Below, piece by piece: positions 12,668-26,700 of a stretch of 56,927 nt of DNA. Below the pieces are notes generated by a model. It saw nothing but the letters and a program-made list of their open reading frames with translations. It was not told the origin of the DNA and searched no databases. Numbering within the stretch: the stretch's first letter is position 1; the number at the start of each line of letters is the position of its first letter. Position numbers and translations under genes: made by a program. The stretch comes from Streblomastix strix (lineage: Eukaryota). Location of the stretch: contig SNRW01000003.1 of the NCBI GenBank assembly GCA_008636045.1, forward strand, positions 1-56,927, read 5' to 3'.

Positions 12668-15392
12668 ATGTTGCCGCGTATTGCTCCACGCTATGATGCC
12701 CGAGGGTTTGAAATGCGACTAAATCCCAAACAATTTGCAAAGACAATTAATGAAATTACAAATGGTTTCTCTTATTTATTCATTTTTAATAATTAATGCA
12801 TTATTATGTTAAATTCATTTATATTAGATGATATTGAAATACCTAAAAAATGGAAATTGGATGAGTAAAATGAAGAAGATAAGGCTAATGAAAATAAATT
12901 CGATACCACACTTATGATGACACCCGATCCAACACTCACTAACTTCCTAAACCCTTAGAAATCATCTAAGTAATATCCAGACTTTGTTGATGTTTGATTA
13001 TTAACAAAGAGTTATTATAGTCAATACTTATTATTTTACATCTCATATATTATATGATATTGTAGGATGAGCTCAGATATACATATCAACCGACATCTAT
13101 TAATGAAATATAGCAAAGACGAAAGGAAAGTTTGATGAGGCATTCAAATATCAACAAAGAGAAATACGATGAAGTTGCAGTTTGTACATTTCACATCTTG
13201 ATCATAGCATACATTTATTTTATATTATTTAGGAAGCAGTTGATCGCATTCATCTTGATGGATTAAGTTTAGTAGCTCCAAAACCTCTAAGTCCAACAGG
13301 AGGCATTCTTCCTCGTATTGTACCAGATGATTAGATTAATGATAGTCGGTGGCCTTATTATGAGAAAGATGAAGTCAATCTTGTTAATACACAAATATTA
13401 GACTTTCCCTAAACAGAGAATAAAGCATAATTGAGGAGTTAGTTGTTAGAAATGAGGGAGAAGGAACATAAGGAATCACTAACTAAATTAGAGTCTAAAA
13501 TGGAACTAATTTCTGAATAGAAGAAATAATAATAAAAGTAAAGAGATAAAGAAGAATATGAACTAATGAAGGCAACTGGATGTGATACATAATCAGCATT
13601 TCTTAAGAGAAGACAAGATGAGAGAAAATAAGAATTGTAAAATATTGCAATGTTGGAAGATTGGGAAACTGTTCGTATTAAGAAAGCTAATGATGCCAAA
13701 ACAAAAGAGTAAATTAAATTTGAAGAATTAAAAGCTTCTAATTAAGAATTGTTAAAATCAAATTCCAATCCGTTTGAGAAGTTAAATTAATTAAACAGTT
13801 CAACAAATTAAGCTTATTCAAAAGAAGGCTTTCCTCCTCTCAAATCAATTATTCCAATTCGTCTTTAAGAATAAAGAACAGCTTTAGGTCGATCAATCTC
13901 TAATCCACATCCTTTCACAACAACATCTGGGACATTGCATGTAATGTCTGATATTGGATTTAGAGCTTGTGCGCCTATATAGCGCTGTGTAATGTCCAAT
14001 AATGGGTATAGAAACATGTCATATTTTGGAATTAGTAAGAAATAAATGGAAGAAAACTTCAGAAATACAACACAAGAGCGAGAATCAAGATTGGCTGCAT
14101 AAGATTTACGGCGTTAATAAGAGCTTATTGGAGAAATAGCATCTGCTTAAGAAGATGCAGTAACAGCTGCTATTAATAAAACAATTCCAGGAATAAATAA
14201 CAAAGATTAAGATCAAATAGAAGGACAAGAAATATAATAAAATACACCTGTGCAAATGAGGGGAAATTAAGTATCAGTAACTAAGAAGAGATTCACAGAT
14301 ATAGTGTAAGAATTTAAATCATCCAAATCAATTGTGGAATAATTAATAGAAAAAGAGTAAGCCAGATAAAATTAAGCAGGAATGGCAGATAAAGCACCTT
14401 TATATTCATCATTCTCTGAAGACAAAATCTATCGACCATCAGAACTACCTTTTTGGGATAATGGGAAATTGCATCCAGCAAAACCAAGATAAATAACATT
14501 ACATGAATAAGGATTAATTAATAAAAAGAAATAAGCACTTTATAGGCGTTAAATTTCTCAATAGCCTCGTTATTAAGGATTTGGAAGTGCTAAATACACC
14601 GAGGATTTAGAGAATGATGGAGAATTATAAGATGGATATGATACACAACACTCAGGTGACGAGGATAATTATAATACATAACGTAAGGATGAATAAAGTT
14701 CAAAAGAGAAAAATACTGAAAACATTTAATATAATGAAAATGGTGAGTAATTAAAAGTATCACGCGACGGTTAGATTGGAGGTCAAGGTTCTGAAAGAGA
14801 TGAGAATATAAATGGTGATAAAAATACAACTAGAGATGAAGCAGCATAAAAGAAAGATGGTAAATCACAACTTCCATTCATCCACATGCATGGAGGTTCA
14901 GAATCAGACTCGGGATCAAAGCGGAAATCAACAGATACTGCATTTCTTTGGGAATCTTCAAGACGTGCACCACAACGCAAAGGCAACTTCGGGAAACGTG
15001 CTCCATTTGAGACAATGAACCCTACAACAGCAGAAGAGATTCTTGCAAACACACAAGCTTCATTATCAACCACATTATCTTCATATTCAAGTTTCAATTC
15101 TGCGAGATTTATGACCCAACCTCCTTACCAATCCTCTAAACTCTAAACTATTCGATCAAAGTTGAAGCTCACAAATATTAATAGACGTGGATCTGAACTT
15201 ACTCTTCCTCTTTCTGGGTTAAATGCAGGCACAAAAAACATATCAGCTCAATCAATGGCAGATGCAATGATTCTTTTTACACCTTTTAAACCTCCATATC
15301 CACAAAATCAACATTTCTCAGCTCCTGGAAACACATCACTACATTTACAATCAGACAGTGGGCGTAGTGACAACAGCATGGACGACTGGTGA
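12668..15392 (+). CDS. Host hypothetical protein, spliced, coiled-coil/low-complexity
   Basis: ATG 12668 (MLPRIAPRYDARGFEMRLNPKQFAK...). Three short GT-AG introns in the first ~570 bp, then a long code-6 exon ending ...SDNSMDDW* at TGA 15390-15392. Confidence 0.75.
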
Positions 15393-15840
15393 ATATTCAC
15401 TCTGTAAATAGCATCTTAAAAACACACCAAAACTTTAAAAGAAACAAATGCATAAAATAAACCAGTAAAAAAAGACCTTAGTAAAGTTGAACTTTAATCA
15501 TTGTTAATAAATAGATTAAAAATACATAATATTTTTACAGAACAGTAACTTTATAGAAAACTCGAAAAGTAAAAATGTGGATTGATTTCATTTCTTCTTC
15601 TATTTGCATTCTTTTTTATGTTTAAAAATTGGTAATTATGATATATATATAGATTATAAAATTTGAATATCAAATAAAAAACACATTCCTGAAGCTTATA
15701 ATATCATATGAGCAGTTTTTAGATCCAAATTTCAATTTTTTTAATCACAATATAATTTTTAGGTTTAAGCATTGTTTTTTTGTTAATTAAATAGATTTTA
15801 CATATAAAAATACATAACAATTCAATTTATTTTTGACAAT

Positions 15841-16770
15841 TCATGTTTTTAAATCCAGGAGCTTTTCCATTTCCCGCTCAAGTTCGTCCAATTCTACTTC
15901 ATCAGTCTTCTTTTCTGGATCTTCTCTTCCAATCTTATTTTCATCATTTTCAAAATTTTATAGGAATTCATCCTCTTTTAATTCAGAAGACAGATCTTAT
16001 TCTTATTACTATTCTTATTTCTACTCTAACTTCTAATTACTTACAGTTTGTTTATTGGCTGTATTTAAGGTGTTTAATTGAATACTGGCATAATCTGATT
16101 AGGAACCATTCTATAATTACGCTTCTGTATGGTGTGAAACTAATGAACTTGATTATTTAATTGAAGATTAAATTGAGAAAGGGCTTTGTTTTTCTAAAGA
16201 ATTGATGTTGTGCTTTGATTTTTGTTTTTCTTGATCTTATTCTCCATGGTCATTTGAAGGTGAAAAAATTGATATAATTTGTGGAAATTTTAAATAAGAT
16301 GATATATCATGAATTCGTTATTTTGACTTATTCTCTTAAATTATTTTATTCTTCTTTTCTGCTTCTAATTCAATTAAGTAGAGGCGACCGAAATAATTTG
16401 TCCAGAAAGACTATTCATTTGAGCTGAAAAAAGAATATGAAATTAAAAATAATAATAATAATCATACAATTCTGGTACTAATATGCTTTTCATTTTTTTC
16501 AAATTTGGATCTATTTTAATTAATTCATCAATAAGGGGATTTAATTCTTAAATATTTACTCTAAAACCACCAGGTAATCCGGAAGGAGGCCGAAGAAAAA
16601 ATTCGTGAATCAATGATAATTGCAAAGTTTCTTCCATTATCCAATTACGAATAGAATCATCCAGTCCTTATTTCTTCCATGGCAGAACTCCAGTTGGTTA
16701 TCGATCACCTAGTATATTCGCAATTTCTTTAGTTCTTTACAAAATATTGCTAAATTTTGACATTTTACTC
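15841..16770 (-). CDS. BSD-domain protein (SYAP1-like); 5' exon(s) not resolved
   Basis: Translation gives VLPWKK...EETLQLSLIHEFFLRPPSG...LIKIDPNLKKMKSILVPE...NEQSFWTNYFGRLYLIE, matching the BSD FW..YF motif and the SYAP1-type LS....FLR.PP.G segment. Stop TGA at 15841-15843. Confidence 0.75.
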
Positions 16771-17274
16771 TGAAAAATGTTAAATAATGAAATATGTATA
16801 TGATTATAATAGTTTGAATTTATATCAATAAGAATTTAGTATTTGATTAGCATATATTTAAGTTGTTTAATTATCTATTTCTTTCTAAAAATTAAGTTTT
16901 ATTATAATATTTTTGTTCGAAATATTTCTTGCTAAATTGAGTTAAGAAGTGAATTATTATATTACTGACAATCATATACTAAATTATTATACATAGTTAT
17001 GTTATCTGATAAGAATTTGATTAAGTTAATTCCAGGTTTATGGTCAAATTGAGAAAATAAATGAAAATATAAAATCGGAAAAATTAATTAATTTGATCGT
17101 GTATTAATCTAGTGACAATTTGATGAGTGTGATCAATATTAAACCGGCCATAAATTAAACTAGTGATTAAACAGTGGAAATAAAATAAAATGCAACGCTC
17201 TTTTCACCTCCGGTTTATATAATTCATGCTATCATCTGATTGCATATCATTCTCTCTCTGTAATCATCTCAAGT

Positions 17275-19415
17275 TCACTTCTTAACTTGGAACGTGTTCC
17301 CACATTGGCACTTGAGCTACAAGCTAAGATTTTGATACTACCCGACCTCATGGCAGCTAGGTATAAATAGAGAGATGAGAATTATTATTATTTACTAAAT
17401 AGAAGACTGGTTTCATACACAGGACACTCTGCAACTTACAATACGTTGCCACACCTTTAATATAATATAGAAAAATATAATTAAATAATTGAAATAATTA
17501 TAAATTCTCTTTTCAATGCCATTATACAAATATATATATAAATATAACCTTGAGTGTTTCAGACCACCAGGTACTTTTGCAGCATCAAAGGTCAAGAATT
17601 CATTGCATCGGCATAATCCCCCATAGAAACGGAATCTTGAATATTTATGGAGATAAATAAGATTAATAAAAAGTTGGAATATTAATATTATTCTCAATAT
17701 TTATATATTTATATTAATTTTATTATACAAACTGGCAGTGTGGGCATCTGTAAAAGAATTTCTTCGAATTATCCAAATAGTGAGTAATTCTCTTGCATTC
17801 TGGACAAGGAATGGCAGCTAATCAACAAAAGTTATCAAATATATCAATAAATTGTAGAATTAAAATTTTATTATAAATTAATAAAATACAGAATTTGCAT
17901 TGGCACTTCCCACAGTTTAGGAGACCTGAATATATTGATGAAATATATAATATGAGATAAAATTAAATCAATAATTCAAAATAAGTAAAAAAGTTTATAT
18001 TTATTTCGGAATATAATAAAATTCAGTAATTAATACATACCAGGGATAGCTTCTTCATCGTATAGGAGGATCTCACCGCCTGTAATACATAAAATTATAA
18101 TAATTGTAATCATTTTAATATATAAATACATACATTAGCAAACACCATAATATGAAGCATAGCCACATTTTGAATGCCTAAAAAAAATGAGCAAATTATA
18201 ATAATAATAAAACATAATACTTTCTAAATAAAATAAAAATGCATAATTTACGATGGTAGGTAGTCCTTCAGCACGAACAGTAAGATTGCACTAGAGAATA
18301 GTAAATCAATATATTAGAATTATTTTGCATGTTATAATGAAAATGTAATAACAATATTAATTATTATTGTAATAATGTGGATTAAAATAAAAATACTTTG
18401 CATTTTGTGCAGTAAGCATAGAGAAATCTGAATCCACAAGCACATCGAAGGAGTTTGTTGCTAGAGAAGTAAAATAAAATCAAAAGAAAAATTAATAAAA
18501 ATTAATGATATTAATAAAATATTATGTTAAAATAAATTAAAAATATAACTCATTATTAAATGCATTATCATTCGTAGTATTTATACCTTACACTTTGTCC
18601 ATCAACATTTGTATAATGATCTGATATTGAAAATAAAATAAAACAGAAATATTAAATGCAATATAATAATATATTTCAAATGTCAAACGCTCTTCATGAC
18701 ACTTTGTGCATATAACTGCTGTGAATGTTGCACCGCACTTTCCATGTCCAATCTGAAGTAAGTAGTATAGTAAAATTATATAGTATTAAAATGATAACAT
18801 ACGACTATTGGATATTCTTATGCATCAATTTCCAAAAGATCTCCACAGTTATTGCACTGTCCAGTGTATTACAATCTTCCACATGAGCATTTTGTTATTC
18901 CAGCATCTGTATAATAATAATTATAAAAAAATAAATAAAATAAAAGAATTGATAATCAAACCAATTGATCCATCAGGTTTCTGAGGAATTCTAAATTTCT
19001 TTTGGCATTTATCGCACACAGATGTAATTTCTATGTGGAATGAATAAAGATAATTTCCAAGTAATAATAAACAAAAATACTTCCTGTTGTTCCAGGGGGT
19101 GGTCCCTTGAATTCATCAAGAGCAACAATATCATTTTCCTCGGGTGGGGGAGCTAGTGGATTTGAAAAAGGCAAAAAAAATACTCAAAAATCCACAATTA
19201 TAAGATATTTTGACCAAACCGGACCAAGACACGATTTGTTCAGTTACCTCTGGTTAAAATTCCTTTTCTACCACTTCTGTGTTTTCAGTTTGCTCACCAC
19301 CAACTGGAATTGAGAATTCGATACCCAAATCAACTTATTCATCTCTAGCAGAAATCACTTTCTCATTTTCATCGACTGGAGCTTCTACAACTTGGTCTTC
19401 GTATTCGTCAGACAT
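17275..19415 (-). CDS. Cys-rich multi-zinc-ribbon protein, ~15 short exons
   Basis: ATG 19415 (MSDEYEDQVVEAP...). Repeated CxxC/CxCG units (CDKC, CSCG, CNNCG, CTKC, CACG, CPEC, CPVC, CQCG). Ends CQCGNTFQVKK* at 17275. Confidence 0.75.
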
Positions 19416-19499
19416 TTCTAGTAAAATTGATGAAAATATCATTATAACAAATTAAAAATATATAGAGTATAATACAAATAATGATAAGTTTTAAATTAA

Positions 19500-20965
19500 A
19501 ACGTTTAATAGTTTTCAACAATAAAAGTGTAAATTGAAGGATAAATAAAGTAGTTTTGAGTATTTGAAATAAACAAATTCAATTACATTCTTATGTAAAA
19601 TTTAATGAAAGTATTTTAATCAATGAAATAATGTAATTAACCGAAAAATGAATGATTTCTTAATTTTCGTTGATAGCAACGAAATTAAAAATATATATTA
19701 TTGACGTAAGAATTGCTATGATATTTTGAAATAGATAATCTATTTGTCATACACAAAATATTGCTGAATACTTAATAAAAGTGAAATATGTAAACCAAAA
19801 CACGATCAGACCCTTATTTAATTTTCGATGAAATTTGATTAATTCAAAAATGCATAATTTTAGATTAATATTTATTGAATAATTATGTAAAATAAAATTT
19901 AATATTTTTTTTAGGAAATTAATTAATACTTATTATAATAGTTGCAATTTAATTAATTTTTTAATTTATTTAGATTTAATTTTTCTTATTTCTCATTCTT
20001 TCGAATTTTTTCAATTTTAGTTTCATATATTCCAGAATTTTAAACCTATTTATTTACATTTGATATTTATGAATTATTTTCTGATTGAAATATTTGACTA
20101 TTTTTCACTTCAATTTTAATATTTTTACCATAAATTGTTCAATAAAAATTTAATCTATTAATAATAATTTAAAAAATTTTTTAAATCTTTAACTTTAATA
20201 ATTTTATATTAATTTTACTATTTAAAATTAGACTATGTTAACATGATCACTAGTAATTCAAAAAAATAAAATTAATTTGGAAAAAATTTCCAAATAAAGA
20301 TAATAAAATAATGTTAATTATTTATAAATAATATAAATAATATAAAAATAAAAAAAATTGATATAAATGAATATAAATGATTGATACTAAATTTAAACAT
20401 GTTATTCTAATGTTAATTCGGTAAAAATTGAAATAATATAATTAATATTTATTCAATTCTCATTTAGATGAAAATTTTTGAAAATGTTATAATTAAAAAT
20501 AAAAAAATTAAATAAGTAACAAACGATAAATAGCTCTAAATTATGACGTATAATAGTTTAAAATTATAAATTGAAGGATAAATAAAGTAGTTTTGAGTAA
20601 TTGAAATAAATATATTCAATTACATTCTTATGTAAAATTTAATGAAAATATTTTAATCAATGAAAAAATGAAGATAACCGAAAAATGAATGATTCCTTAA
20701 TTTTAGTTGATACCAATGAAATTTAAAATACATATTATTGACATATGAATTGTCATGATATTTTGAAATAGATAATCTATTTGTCATATACAAAATATTG
20801 CTGAATACTTAATAAAAGTGAAATATGTTAACCAAGATACGATCAGACCCATTCAAAAATTTTGCTGAAATTTGTAAAATTCAAAAATACATAATTTTTA
20901 AAATAGCAATTATTGAATAATTAAATAAAATATAATTTAATAATTTTTTAAAAAATTAATTTATT
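19500..20965 (+). repeat. Pair of diverged ~400-bp direct repeats (~19500-19930 and ~20545-20965)
   Basis: Both contain aaattgaaggataaataaagtagttttgagta...gatattttgaaatagataatctatttgtcata...cgatcagaccc, about 1040 bp apart. Confidence 0.85.
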
Positions 20966-21479
20966 CATTATTATTTTTTAAATAAGTTTATATATAAATA
21001 TATTATAAATCAATAATAATTTGATTTAAGGAAATGATTTAAAAAGACTATATAAAATAAAACATAAATAAAAAACTAATAACATAATTAATTATTTTAT
21101 AAATAAATTAATAGAAAGTTAAAAAAAAATTAAAAAAATTTTATTAACATATTTTTTTTTATATAAATTAATATAAATCAAAATATATACTCTATTTTTA
21201 TTTCTTTACTATTTAATTACAATAATAAATTGAATTTTTTCAATTAGAATTAAATAATTCGATATTTTTAATTAAAATTAAATTAATATATTTATTTTTT
21301 AAAATACTACTAGCGATTATTAAAATAGATTAATTTAAATTTTGTTACTTAATTCAATTAGTAACAATTATATTATATATCTATTTAATATTAGTATAAT
21401 TTAATATCTTTTATAATAGTAATTACTTACCATAATTTGCAATTTTTACTTATATTTTAAAAATTACTATTCATCGGAC

Positions 21480-21909
21480 AGTCGTGGGTAAAAAGGAAGC
21501 CTACCCAAAAATCAAATATATAAAAAATCATATTCAAGGTAAAAATTAATATATTTTAATGAAAATGACAAATTATAACCAATATATTATAGGACTGTTC
21601 TAAAATTTTTTAATCAAAATATTCATAATAATTATTATTTATAGATTTATCAGAATATCTTTATTAGTTCAAAAGAAATGAATTATCTTGAATGAATAAA
21701 TTTAATATTGTAAAAGAATTGATAACTTCTGTTGCTAAACAAATTTATTAGAATGAGCGTAGTGAACAACACCTCTGAAAGTAAATGAGTTGTGTAATGA
21801 TATTCAATATTGAAATGGATTACTTATTTGATTAATGAATAGGATTACGATGTGCGATATTTTTTTCGTATTTTTGATTTTTGAGCAGGTTTCTTCTTTA
21901 CCCACTACA
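21480..21909. repeat. ~430-bp unit bounded by imperfect ~50-bp inverted repeats; probable left terminus of element 1
   Basis: gtcgtgggtaaaaaggaagcctacccaaaaatcaaa vs the reverse complement of tttgatttttgagcaggtttcttctttacccactac. Flanking 21910-22500 is a diverged inverted homolog of 50600-51019. Confidence 0.6.
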
Positions 21910-22408
21910 GATAGCACAAATCAATGATTTAAATGATGAGCTCTAACTAGTTTATATTAACTTATAATGATTAAGGATTCCGTTGAATCAAATTTTATTG
22001 ATGAAATTAAATTAGTTGTACTTACTAGTTAGTCGATAGTTGAAATACATTATGTGATGAAATTGATGGTGATGAACAGATATAGAATCTAATATAAACA
22101 TGATTTATGAATTCCTCGTATATGATATGACCTTAGTGAAGGGTATAAACGTGATATGAAAAATTAAGAAAATTGATGGGATTTCAATAATCTAATAAAT
22201 TATTTTATTTTTAATATTTAGGAAGATAAAAAATTGAAATCTATAATGAAAAATAAATGTTTCCTTATTGACTTGAAAGTTAGTATCTTAGTCAATGTTG
22301 GTATGCTGATCACGAATATGATGTTAAAATTAAGTGATTGGGCTGAAAATTTGGTCGAATTAAGCGGAATAATGTAATTGATAAATCGTGAGGATAAATT
22401 GATTGATT

Positions 22409-22490
22409 TGTCCACATGCACGGTAAACCGGGTTGCACGGGGTAAATCGATAAACTATTTTAGGTGTTGCCATTAGCCATATCGCCATTA
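22409..22490 (+). promoter_or_regulatory. Conserved ~85-bp GC-richer viral motif, copy 1 (most diverged)
   Basis: ttgtccacatgcacgg...gcacggggtaaatcgataaactattttaggtgttgccattagccat; homologous to 47468-47550(+), 47690-47775(-) and 50640-50715(-). Function not shown. Confidence 0.6.
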
Positions 22491-22509
22491 ATTAAATATA
22501 ATTTATTTT

Positions 22510-23790
22510 ATGAAACTATTAGAACTTTTTATCCGTAACCAAAATGATAAACCAAGAATCTACATGCATCGAAACAAACACAAATGAATCCTTAAACACT
22601 AAACATTTTACATTAGAAAAAGGTATAAAATATAACATAATCGTAAGTCAACTCCCAAATCAAAATCAAATGATAAAGCAACTGAATTAAAGGATAAATT
22701 AATTGTAGAATAAGTATTAGCGAGAATCAAATGGGAACAAGAAGAATATGATATATAAAAGAAAGAAGTTGTTACATTAAGAAATAACATTAATAATTAT
22801 TTATCAACATCATCAATTGCTAACTCACGGATAGATTATATTAATAACTATGTAGATTAACACCATAAGTAACTAGCTTAACAAGTAATGCAACAATCAG
22901 GATTAAAAGATATTACATCATTCTATGGTAAAAAAGAAGATATACTCAGTAAATATAGAGATGAAAAAGAATCACATTAATCATTGGATGCTATTACAAT
23001 GCGATTATTATCTTAGAATCTAATGTATGATTAACTGTAAGCATAAATATTAGCAAAAAATATAATTAATAATACAATTGGAATAGGTGATCCTTCGTTA
23101 GTTGCAATATCTAATGTCAATGCGTAAATTGCTGCAGAAATATATAATTATAAAGATGTATAACCATACAGTAATCTCAATGCGTTATAAGACTAACCAT
23201 CATAAGATTTAAATAATAAAGAATAACCAATATCCGAATATAAATAAAGAATAGATAGAATAAATGAAGGAAATGAAAAAGAGAAAGAATAAGAGCTTTA
23301 ATAAGATAAGGAGTTTCATACTATAAATGATATAGAACAATTAGATAATGAGGTATTACTTGAGGGATAACCTTCATAAATAATTTCACCACCTTAAGAT
23401 TAAAAATCACTTGTATACGAATAAGCAGAATAAAAATAAATTGAAGATTTATAAGCTTAATAAATGATCGAAATGAATAAAGCAATGAATTATAAGCTTG
23501 GGTCAATAGATTGGGGATTAAATTCTCTTAATGCAGTTCAATTCCCTAAGAAGGATATAAGTATGAGAATTAATGATAAAACACCATCTTATATATAAAT
23601 GAACAATGTATAATCTAAAGCAGAGAAAGTAAATTAAGTTAAAATTAAAAAGAACTTCATTAGCGAAAAATAAATGCTTGCATAAATAGAAGCATAGAAA
23701 GAGCTTAAAAAGAAATATGGAAAAAATAACCAAAAAAGAAGACTAAAAAATCAACTTGAAACCATAGGTTTGAGTTTCACTAAGTCTATA
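22510..23790 (+). pseudogene. Degraded viral coiled-coil hypothetical ORF
   Basis: ATG 22510, in-frame TGA at 22585, then a long Q/E/K-rich code-6 frame with frameshifts after ~23340. Confidence 0.5.
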
Positions 23791-26700
23791 TAATCTACGA
23801 TGCTGGTGACACAGTCACTATAATTATCAGCAGTTAATCCATAGATAAACGGTAGATAACTTTAACTATTTTAAGCACTATCATTTTAATTTATATACCA
23901 GTTAACGCATTCTTTGTCGATATCAACTTACTCATACAATAAGTCTTTGACAGTTATCCTTCCTACAATTAATCAGCTTATTAACCTAATCTCATGTTAG
24001 TTCCTTGTATTATTTTTCCATTAATGATATCATCAATCACATCCAATTTGTTTATATTACTCTATCATAGATTAACTCCTTTAAGTTTGATTACATCAGT
24101 CAGCTAATTTCGTTTGAATGTATGTATATAGTAATTCTTTGGGGCTAATGCAAACATCTCGTCACCTTCATTTTCGATAGATAAACCTAGCAATTTCTTC
24201 TCATCTTATTTATCTCCTTCAATCGTTGGAAAGAAGTATTTTGCGTTATTATCATTGAACTGCTAGTCTTTGATAACATATTTAAAACCTTAATGTAAGT
24301 TGTCTTCATATGCTCTTTGAGCCTAGACTGACTAGTCAGTATATTACTATTAATTTGTGCTATTGAGTATAACTTATTTACCACTAATTGCCCAATAAGC
24401 TGAATCAGTATCTCCTTCCATAAAATCATGCTTCGTCATATCCAAGCATTTATACATGAAATTATATATGAAATTAAAATACCAATATTTATCATTATCT
24501 AGTGTAAAATAAGCTACTTATAAACATGTATTACACTTGCAATTCTTTGGATTAAATTGAACAGCATAAAGGTTATCGGCTAATTTATGGTCATTCATCC
24601 ATGATTACTTAGTATGTGCTTCTATTGTCTTCTCTTTAGTAAGTAGTTTGATCTTGTTATATTTCTCAGTATTCATACCATCAGATCCGTAAGAAGCATT
24701 TAAAATCATCTTACAGAATTTATCCAAACAACTATTTTTATTTTTAATAGCTTCAATGCGTTTATTCATGAACTCGTTAACGAAAGCATTAAATTTGGTA
24801 TGTTTATCGAAAGTAACTAGTTGTTTAATATCATTGATAATAAAATGACAATCATCAATTAAGAACCATAAGTAATAAGAGCTAAAGGTCATATAATAAT
24901 TGTGAGTAGATAATAATTGAGTTAATTTCTTCTCTTGCTTATCAGTTTTAACTCCTGCTTATTACATTTAGTCATACATATATTCCTCAATAACTGATTT
25001 GCTTGATTAGTATGATAAGTTTCGAAATAATAAGGGGAAATTAATGAAATCATTAACATATCTCTCATCAATGTGCCCCTTCAGTTATGCAATGAATAGC
25101 TATCCCCGATCATTGAATCGATCAGCTGAGTGGATTATTTTTCTCGCTTAGATTGGGTCATTAATTACACCTGTTACCGATCCACACATATACATAATAC
25201 CGTTAGTATACTTGTTAAAGGGGTGATATTATGATGAGAAGCAACTGGGGTATAATGAATTAAAATATACTCCACAGATATGGGTAATAGTATGATTAGT
25301 ATTGATTACCGTTATTGTTTTATTGGTCTCATTATAGTAATATCGTTTAATTATGTCGATATTGGCACGATTATACCGATGCATTACATTTGATAGTCCA
25401 CCTGTAATATTATGCCTTATGAGTCAATATACTTCATCATTTACAATTGTTTAAGGGAGATGATTAATGTTGCAATTTCTACGGAGTTGAATAAATAGTC
25501 TCGTTACCTTCTCATCTTTATCCGACTTATAACGATTGCAATATAAGCAACACGGTTAGCAGTTTGTTTTAGTATGATGGAGTTTATTATCAATTCTATC
25601 TAGTGTAGGCTTATTATCCATTGTAAATTTATCACCACAAATAACACAATTAGATGTATCGAATAGATTCTTATAGTATTAATAGTCATTAATCGTCACA
25701 TTATTGTTTGTCTTACGATGCTTTTATTTGTCCTATATGTTATATCTTATGACTTTATAATTCCAATAGCTTTGAGATAAAATGAAAGGTTTTGATTTAG
25801 ATTGTGATTGAGGGTAATTAACGTTAAGATCAAAACTTTTGTAAGCTATAGCATATTTAATAGCATTTGCATTAGCGGCAAGGCTCATGAAACTAAGCAT
25901 ATCGACATTGTATTAATAGAACAAATTAATGAGATTGTCTAACGGTTATATCATTATCTATGTGTCTAATTCATTATGGAGTTACAGATTGTCCCATCTT
26001 GTAGTGTAATTTTTAGCATCACTGAGCTATAGTAAGTAATCATCATCAGACATAGTCTTATTTTTCAACATTGAATCGAATGCTTTAATTGGGAAGGGTT
26101 ATGATTTGATTAGCTCTTAATTATAGTTATCATATGTAATACCTTCATATGGAAATAGACCTTTAGAATTATTGTCTTTGTTACCGAAATCTTTAGCGAA
26201 ACTAGCTAAATCTGTAGGCTAAGTATAGTTCATTGCATCGATAAAATTGATCTATTATTTGGTTTATTTATGTTCAACTACTATCTGTTTACCCTATCCA
26301 TAACTACCAATGAAGCTTTAAATAGTCCATTTATCATTATGCAAGTATTTAGAGAATAAGGCTTAATCGAATCTGCTAGAGTTGAACCCGATAATTGATA
26401 CGCTTTATTTGTAAGGTATTGCTTCATCTGTATACTTGTTATCTACTGAAACTTGTTTAGCCTCTTCGAATACCTACTCGATCCATTAAGTTATAAAATC
26501 ATCTCCATTAGCACCTTCGGTGTCAGCAACTTTTTTGTTACGTAAGTCAAAATAGATAGTCTTTAAGGCTGCAAAACTAAATGGAGTTGCTTTCTTTTTA
26601 TATTAATAATCACCATCATATTAGTCTCTCCATTTAAGTTTGATAATAGATGAAACTGATAGGGGTTCTAATACTGAGATCCATTAGCTGTTACGAATTG

